Of a stretch of 11,433 bases of DNA, positions 6,487-11,433 are shown in pieces. The stretch comes from a virus. Lineage: Duplodnaviria > Heunggongvirae > Uroviricota > Caudoviricetes. Within the stretch, counting starts at the first letter, position 1. Each line of letters opens with the position of its first letter. The stretch lies in IMG/VR virus record IMGVR_UViG_3300042891_002161. One strand, 5' to 3'. A program made the translations under genes and the position numbers. The notes below the pieces were generated by a model that was not told the DNA's origin, made no database searches, and was given only the letters and a program-made list of their open reading frames with translations.

Positions 6487-7364
6487 AGTTCTAATAGTTT
6501 GTTTATTATTTCATTTGAATCAAATATCTTCAATTTATCATAAGGAAATTGAACTGGATTACCACCAATATCAAAATCATCTAAATAAGAAGAATGATAA
6601 GTATCAAATACAGGATTTTCTGTTGGTTTAACATTAGTATGTATGTCATAACCTAAAATCTCAGGTTTGTTACCAACCCAACAAACAACTGACTTTAATC
6701 CAAAAGCCGCCGCAGAGTGTTGAGAGAATGAATCAATTAATAATCTCTTTTTAGAGAAAAGAACTGATGCTAGTACCTCTCTTGTGTCTAATGATATTCT
6801 ATGACATCCTTGAATTAATGGTTGTCCTTCATAACCTAATTGATAGATATGATAATCATTTTTGAAATAATTAACAACATCTACCGCATTTTGAATTGGA
6901 ATATCTCTATACCAAGAATAAGGTCTTGATTTAGCACCACCTCCACCACCATTAGTATGTAGTAAGAAAATAGGTTTAGTAACACCTTGTGTCATTTTAT
7001 TTTTAACACCTTCTAATTCTAAAGGTGAGAAATAAAGTTTAGGAGTTTCTTTATTGTATTTAGCACCAACTAAATCACACCAAACTTGAACTAAGTGTTT
7101 TTTATTTAGAATATAATCTTCAGCGTGATAAGGATCAACTCTAAAGATTTTTACATCTTGATCTTTAATGAAATTTTTGTAAAAGTTGGCAACCTGACCC
7201 ATAGGAAATATTTGATGAACATTTGGATTATTAAACCAAACTTGAGGCCAAGCAGAAACTACAATAATATTTCTTTTTGGATCTGTTTTTTTGAGTGAAT
7301 CAATAACTGCCGTAGCTAAGATATTTTTACCGATTCCACCTTCAATGTGAAATATTGAATACAT
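6483..7364 (-). CDS. GT-B fold glycosyltransferase, GT9 (heptosyltransferase)-like
   Basis: N-terminal FHIEGGIGKNILATAVIDSLKKTDPKRNIIVV...NNPNV and C-terminal LLIDSFSQHSAAAFGLKSVVCW parallel the GT9 motifs GGIGD...P...nP and DSgxxHlAaA.g.p.v. Confidence 0.7.
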   Translation of the reverse strand: MYSIFHIEGGIGKNILATAVIDSLKKTDPKRNIIVVSAWPQVWFNNPNVHQIFPMGQVANFYKNFIKDQDVKIFRVDPYHAEDYILNKKHLVQVWCDLVGAKYNKETPKLYFSPLELEGVKNKMTQGVTKPIFLLHTNGGGGGAKSRPYSWYRDIPIQNAVDVVNYFKNDYHIYQLGYEGQPLIQGCHRISLDTREVLASVLFSKKRLLIDSFSQHSAAAFGLKSVVCWVGNKPEILGYDIHTNVKPTENPVFDTYHSSYLDDFDIGGNPVQFPYDKLKIFDSNEIINKLLEL

Positions 7365-7384
7365 TATGAAAAGCTTTATTTCTT

Positions 7385-7396
7385 ATATGTATTAAT
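7385..7396 (-). promoter_or_regulatory. Candidate phage promoter motif ATTAATACATAT upstream of the glycosyltransferase-sulfotransferase pair
   Basis: One-mismatch copy of the motif at 4097 and 7718. The core ends 21 nt before the ATG at 7364, just downstream of the terminator at 7414-7440. Confidence 0.45.
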
Positions 7397-7413
7397 ATGA
7401 TTTAGTTTAAAAT

Positions 7414-7440
7414 AAAAAACCCAACATTTAGTTGGGTTTT
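7414..7440 (-). terminator. Intrinsic terminator closing the right-hand structural operon
   Basis: Minus strand reads AAAACCCAAC-TAAAT-GTTGGGTTTT followed by TTATTTT, 22 nt after the stop of the 77-aa gene. Confidence 0.85.
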
Positions 7441-7462
7441 CAATAGTTTCTTTCAAAGAATA

Positions 7463-7696
7463 TTATGAGTATAACTCAGTCAATCTTGCTTCAACATTTG
7501 AATCAGTCCATTGACCTATAGCGTCATAAGCAGCGCCTTCCCATAATACAACAGGCTCGTCAAGTTCTTCAACAAATGCTCTAACTACTTTCTTCTTCGG
7601 TAAGTCCACAATTCGTGCTACTGTTAGTGTCGTTACTGTTTTACTTTTTTCTTCTTGTAAAACTACTTTCTTTGGATTTTGTAGATTAATTTGCAT
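7463..7696 (-). CDS. Small hypothetical protein (77 aa), possibly fibre-associated
   Basis: Clean ATG-TAA ORF with natural composition (LWEGAAYDAIGQWTD), co-oriented with the structural genes and followed by a terminator. Confidence 0.8.
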   Translation of the reverse strand: MQINLQNPKKVVLQEEKSKTVTTLTVARIVDLPKKKVVRAFVEELDEPVVLWEGAAYDAIGQWTDSNVEARLTELYS

Positions 7697-7717
7697 GTTG
7701 TTTATTGTTATTTTTTA

Positions 7718-7729
7718 TTATATATTATT
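7718..7729 (-). promoter_or_regulatory. Candidate phage promoter motif AATAATATATAA upstream of the 77-aa gene
   Basis: The core TAATATATA ends 22 nt before the ATG at 7696. Confidence 0.45.
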
Positions 7730-7753
7730 TTCTAAATATAGACTTTTACTTAT

Positions 7754-9814
7754 TTATATACCGTAAATATCTCTGTTTGCTTCAAAGTTTTTAGAAACAT
7801 CTGAAGCACTTAAAGCCGAGTTATAGAATCTTACTATACCCATTTTACCATTAAACCATTGTCCATGTCCACCAATATTATTATCAAATGAACCTATAGA
7901 TAAATCATGTGTTGTATTTTTAATACTAGTAAAAGAATGACTAGTTGGTGTTCCTTGACTTATCCCATTTACATAAAGTGCAATTGAGTTTGACGCAACA
8001 TTAGTAAACACACCAACAATTTGATACCAAGTGTTTGTTGTTACGGTATATGTTGGTGAATTTAATGTTGTAGTTCCACCATTACCGACTTCCATATAGG
8101 TCACTCCGGATGAAGTAGTTCTAATACCATATCCCCAGTCCGAACTATTGGGCCCATCTGTTTTACTAAGCACACATCTACTACTACCAGCAATTACCGA
8201 ATAGTTAATCCAAACTTCAACACTGAAATCGCCAGTTGTTGGTTCTAATAAAGCACTATCAGATGATGTTATTGTTGAACTCAATCCATTAAAAGTAAAG
8301 TATGGATTTGCAAATGTGACATTTGACATTGCACCATTTAATGAATTTCCGGTTAAATCAGTAACAGTTGTTCCAGAACTTGGATAACTTAAATAACTAG
8401 CCGGATTAAAGTGAAGTTTTAAATTTGTAGTTACAAAATTACCATTTTTATAAACATTCTTTAAGGCATCATAGTTTTGTTTAATTTCATCCAGTGTTAA
8501 TTTTTTATTATATAACATCATATTTCCAACATCTCCAAAAGGTTGAGAAGATCCAAGATTGTTACCTAAACCATCATGTAAAGTTCCACCAGATCCGTAA
8601 GAAATTGTGGCACCTACCTGTGTATCGTTTATATAGAATGTTTGTGATGAATTATCTCCGACAACAGAATATTGAACCCAAACATCACCCAAAGATGAAA
8701 TATCATATCCTGAACTTTGGGACACTGTGTCCCAATATCCTAATTTGTTTGCGTCAGGATGTGCTGAATCAGGAATTGTTATTGGAGTATAACGAGGTGA
8801 TTTTGTATAAAGTAATGTTCTAAATGATGCAGAACTACTGATAATTCTTGCCCAAGAAACATATGTATATCCAGATGTTGATAATGTAGGCCCTGTACCA
8901 TCCACTACAATTCTTTTAGAACCAGTAGTACAATCAAAAGATTTGAAACCATATATTGTAGATGATGTAGCACCCGATGTTAAAGAGTGTGTATATCCAT
9001 TACCACTTAAATCATTAACTGAACCACCTGAGAAACTTGCTGGATCATTAGCATCAATCCAAATAGACATACTACCAGTATAAATATAATTAGATTTAGT
9101 AAAATCATAATTATTTAATATTTGTTGTTGACTAAGAGCTGTATTATAAACATGAAAAGCACCTAACTTCATTTTAGCTGGTGTGCCATCACCTAAACTT
9201 GTTGAATCACTAGCACCTATAGCATAATGTAAACTAGAAGGAGTAGCCCTTATAAGATTTTTAGTACCTGCTAATTGACCATTTACATAACCTCTCATTA
9301 TATTACCATCATAAGTAAGACCAACATAATACCAATTATAAAAAGGTGTTGGAATTGAAGAATTTGAACTTGTTAAACCAGCAGGTAATGTCCATAATCC
9401 AAATTTTAAATTCCCTCCAACTATTTCAATTTGAGAATCATGCCACAATATGTTTGATGTAGTCTGACCAAGCTCAGAAACAATAACACCATTATCCGTT
9501 GGATATATCCAAGTAAAATGTGAAATAATATTTGATGTATTAGTTGGTGATAATTTGGAACTAAGTGATGTGTTTGTTGATAAATAGTCATCAATGCCAT
9601 CAAAATTTATGTAACCATTTATAGAATATGTTGGGCCACTATATAATGTTGCATCACTATTACTAACTAAGTCGGTAACACTATTAGTACCTGAATATGA
9701 ATCTCTATCAGATATTTCATATCTTAAAATTAAACCATCTGTTGTAAATCCACCAACTGGTATTCTAAATAATGGTGATAAAGGCCCTGAGAATGATGAT
9801 AATCTACTTAGCAT
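7754..9814 (-). CDS. Protein with three tandem LamG/ConA-like domains (686 aa from the ATG), putative virion lectin-like/receptor-binding protein
   Basis: Three units each begin with an L..x.D/E/N...S(Y/F)...DL motif and end in G....YN..L....I..N(Y/F). WYYVGLTYDG and WYQIVGVF strands are present. The ORF track starts at TTG 9823 inside the upstream gene; the ATG at 9814 (TAA-T-ATG junction) is more likely and aligns with the start of the 697 protein. Confidence 0.88.
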   Translation of the reverse strand: MLSRLSSFSGPLSPLFRIPVGGFTTDGLILRYEISDRDSYSGTNSVTDLVSNSDATLYSGPTYSINGYINFDGIDDYLSTNTSLSSKLSPTNTSNIISHFTWIYPTDNGVIVSELGQTTSNILWHDSQIEIVGGNLKFGLWTLPAGLTSSNSSIPTPFYNWYYVGLTYDGNIMRGYVNGQLAGTKNLIRATPSSLHYAIGASDSTSLGDGTPAKMKLGAFHVYNTALSQQQILNNYDFTKSNYIYTGSMSIWIDANDPASFSGGSVNDLSGNGYTHSLTSGATSSTIYGFKSFDCTTGSKRIVVDGTGPTLSTSGYTYVSWARIISSSASFRTLLYTKSPRYTPITIPDSAHPDANKLGYWDTVSQSSGYDISSLGDVWVQYSVVGDNSSQTFYINDTQVGATISYGSGGTLHDGLGNNLGSSQPFGDVGNMMLYNKKLTLDEIKQNYDALKNVYKNGNFVTTNLKLHFNPASYLSYPSSGTTVTDLTGNSLNGAMSNVTFANPYFTFNGLSSTITSSDSALLEPTTGDFSVEVWINYSVIAGSSRCVLSKTDGPNSSDWGYGIRTTSSGVTYMEVGNGGTTTLNSPTYTVTTNTWYQIVGVFTNVASNSIALYVNGISQGTPTSHSFTSIKNTTHDLSIGSFDNNIGGHGQWFNGKMGIVRFYNSALSASDVSKNFEANRDIYGI

Positions 9815-9815
9815 A

Positions 9816-11201
9816 TTAATCAAAAGTGTTTATTTGTCCTAAGACTTGAGCCCAGACACCACCACTTCTAATAAATGTAAATCCAACTATATCAACTTGA
9901 TTTGGTGTTCCGGAAGCAGTACCACCAGCCCATCTAATTTGTTGACTAGATCCATCTATTTGAACAGCAGTTGGTATATAAGCAGTTGAACTCTGGCTCA
10001 TAACAATTGTAGTTGTTATAGCTCTATTATTTGTTATTGGAATATTTGTGAAATTAGCAGTATAATTATTAGTAACAGATGAATGATACCAATTAGATCC
10101 TGTTGAGAAATCATAAACAACAGTTGATGCCGTAGCACCAGGTGTTGAGTTAATAACTTCTGTTACTTCTTGTAAAACTGTTAATCCACTGAATGAAGCA
10201 GTACCATCAACAGTAAGTGTTTCTGATAAAGATAAACTTGTAGTAGGAGTTGTTCCGGATGTACCAGAAGTACCCGAATCACCAGTTAATCCTGAAGTAC
10301 CACTTGATCCAGAAGTGCCAGAATCACCAGTTAAACCACTTGATCCACTAGAACCAGAAGAACCACTTGATCCGCTAGAACCAGAAGAACCACTTGATCC
10401 GCTAGAACCAGAAGAACCTGAAGAGCCACTTGTTCCTGAAGAGCCAGAAGTATTATAATTACCACTTACATTAATATACCAGAAGCTGTAAGTGCTTCCG
10501 ATAGATTGTGAGTAATCAACAACAATTGACATTGATCCAGTATTTCTATCATATGAATCAATTTGTCCAATCATAGTACCATACTCTTCTGTATAATCAT
10601 CAACAACATATAAATTTGGTAATTCACTATACATTAATACTGTTTGACCTGATGTATATCCTAGATTTTCTTGTGTATTAAAATCAACAACATAACCTAC
10701 ACTAGGAACAACAATAGTTGTACTTGAAGTAGCTGAATAATTATCTGACCTACCTGAAGTACCAGATGAACCAGATGTTCCACTTGATCCAGATGTTCCA
10801 CTTGATCCAGATGTTCCACTTGATCCACTTGGTCCAGAAGCACCAATAGAGCCAGATGTTCCACTAGAACCAGAAGTTCCTGATGAGCTAGTTGTACTAA
10901 TTACATAGTCAATATAATTTTTAATTTGAATATCAATCAGTGTAGGCGTTTTTGTTAAAAGTGTATCAATTTGTGATTGAAACAAACCTAAAGCTATTTT
11001 AGCCTCATTTTGAGAGGAAAATGGAATAGATATTATTTTACCACTTTTAAAAGCAATATCTAAAATATTGTTTGAAACCCTTGTAGTACCTATGGAAAAT
11101 GGGTTTATTGTATAAACAATCATACCATTTTTATCTAATACTTGTACATTGGTATCAGATGATGTTAATGGTCTCAAAAATGTATTATAGCTAAAAATCA
11201 T
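9816..11201 (-). CDS. 461-aa collagen-like (Gly-Ser/Thr-Ser) fibre protein
   Basis: N-terminal ~100-aa domain, 15 Gly-X-Y triplets, a ~100-aa globular insert (DNYSATSSTT...GQIDSYDRNTGSMSIVVD...WYINVSG), 22 Gly-X-Y triplets, then a C-terminal domain homologous to that of the 1119-aa protein. Confidence 0.8.
   Translation of the reverse strand: MIFSYNTFLRPLTSSDTNVQVLDKNGMIVYTINPFSIGTTRVSNNILDIAFKSGKIISIPFSSQNEAKIALGLFQSQIDTLLTKTPTLIDIQIKNYIDYVISTTSSSGTSGSSGTSGSIGASGPSGSSGTSGSSGTSGSSGTSGSSGTSGRSDNYSATSSTTIVVPSVGYVVDFNTQENLGYTSGQTVLMYSELPNLYVVDDYTEEYGTMIGQIDSYDRNTGSMSIVVDYSQSIGSTYSFWYINVSGNYNTSGSSGTSGSSGSSGSSGSSGSSGSSGSSGSSGSSGSSGLTGDSGTSGSSGTSGLTGDSGTSGTSGTTPTTSLSLSETLTVDGTASFSGLTVLQEVTEVINSTPGATASTVVYDFSTGSNWYHSSVTNNYTANFTNIPITNNRAITTTIVMSQSSTAYIPTAVQIDGSSQQIRWAGGTASGTPNQVDIVGFTFIRSGGVWAQVLGQINTFD
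10248..10445 (-). repeat. 22 in-frame Gly-X-Y triplets, including a 27-bp unit x3 (GGTTCTTCTGGTTCTAG(C/T)GGATCAAGT, 10338-10418)
   Basis: Read directly from the sequence. Confidence 0.92.
10746..10880 (-). repeat. 15 in-frame Gly-X-Y triplets, including an exact 18-bp unit x3 (GGATCAAGTGGAACATCT, 10773-10826)
   Basis: Read directly from the sequence. Confidence 0.92.
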
Positions 11202-11218
11202 CTTTTATTTTAATTTTT

Positions 11219-11433
11219 TTACGCAGTTATATTAAGTTCTACTATAACACCGTCTAAATAGTTATGTGCTATATCAGAAAAATCAAATGTTAATGAATAT
11301 GTACCAGTATTTAATATAGAACTAACACTACCACCAGTTCCACTTATTATTAAATTTGATGGTAAAATGCTCATATACCCATCTCTATTATCAGTAATGT
11401 AATCAACTAATAAGTTTATTAACTGTGGTTTAT
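11219..11433 (-). CDS. 3' end of an upstream hypothetical (probably structural) protein (partial; not in the supplied ORF track)
   Basis: Open frame of 70 codons from the right edge: KPQLINLLVDYITDNRDGYMSILPSNLIISGTGGSVSSILNTGTYSLTFDFSDIAHNYLDGVIVELNITA, then TAA at 11221-11219, 17 nt before the ATG of the 461-aa gene. Confidence 0.8.
   Translation of the reverse strand, partial: KPQLINLLVDYITDNRDGYMSILPSNLIISGTGGSVSSILNTGTYSLTFDFSDIAHNYLDGVIVELNITA

Noticed and set aside
8494-8823. 109-aa + strand ORF in the track
   Set aside because: It is entirely antisense to the well-supported LamG gene and has unnatural composition.
9421-9603. 60-aa + strand ORF in the track
   Set aside because: Short antisense shadow of the LamG gene.
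9815-9823. TTG start at 9823 for the LamG protein
   Set aside because: It overlaps the upstream stop. The ATG at 9814 gives a TAA-T-ATG junction like the one at cysC and aligns with the N-terminus of the paralog starting at 697.
10248-10880. Short DNA direct repeats as a possible CRISPR array or non-coding repeat
   Set aside because: The units are contiguous multiples of 9 bp with no spacers and encode in-frame Gly-X-Y triplets.
1-11433. Stop-codon reassignment, as in some large phages
   Set aside because: All genes read full length in the standard code and end in TAA or TGA. TAG is neither used as a stop nor needed in frame, so there is no evidence either way.

Overview
AT-rich window (roughly 30% GC by eye), densely coding, with coupled or overlapping genes, intrinsic terminators and no Shine-Dalgarno motifs. 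It is most consistent with the structural region of a large phage, possibly with a Bacteroidota-type host (inference). A five-gene enzyme cassette sits between two parallel two-gene structural modules. The cassette encodes APS kinase (cysC), a small HxGH nucleotidyltransferase that may be a minimal ATP sulfurylase, a DUF2061 fusion protein, a sulfotransferase and a GT9-like glycosyltransferase. Each flanking module is a long repetitive fibre-like protein followed directly by a LamG/ConA-like protein. The two fibres have unrelated bodies (a 1119-aa Cys-rich beta-helix-type repeat protein and a 461-aa Gly-Ser-Ser collagen-like protein) but share a homologous C-terminal domain of about 130 aa, and the two LamG proteins share an N-terminal peptide. 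The leading hypothesis is a phage-encoded PAPS-synthesis, glycosylation and sulfation system that decorates modular virion fibres. No RNA genes, CRISPR arrays or mobile elements were seen. All family calls come from motif recognition by eye; no database searches were run.
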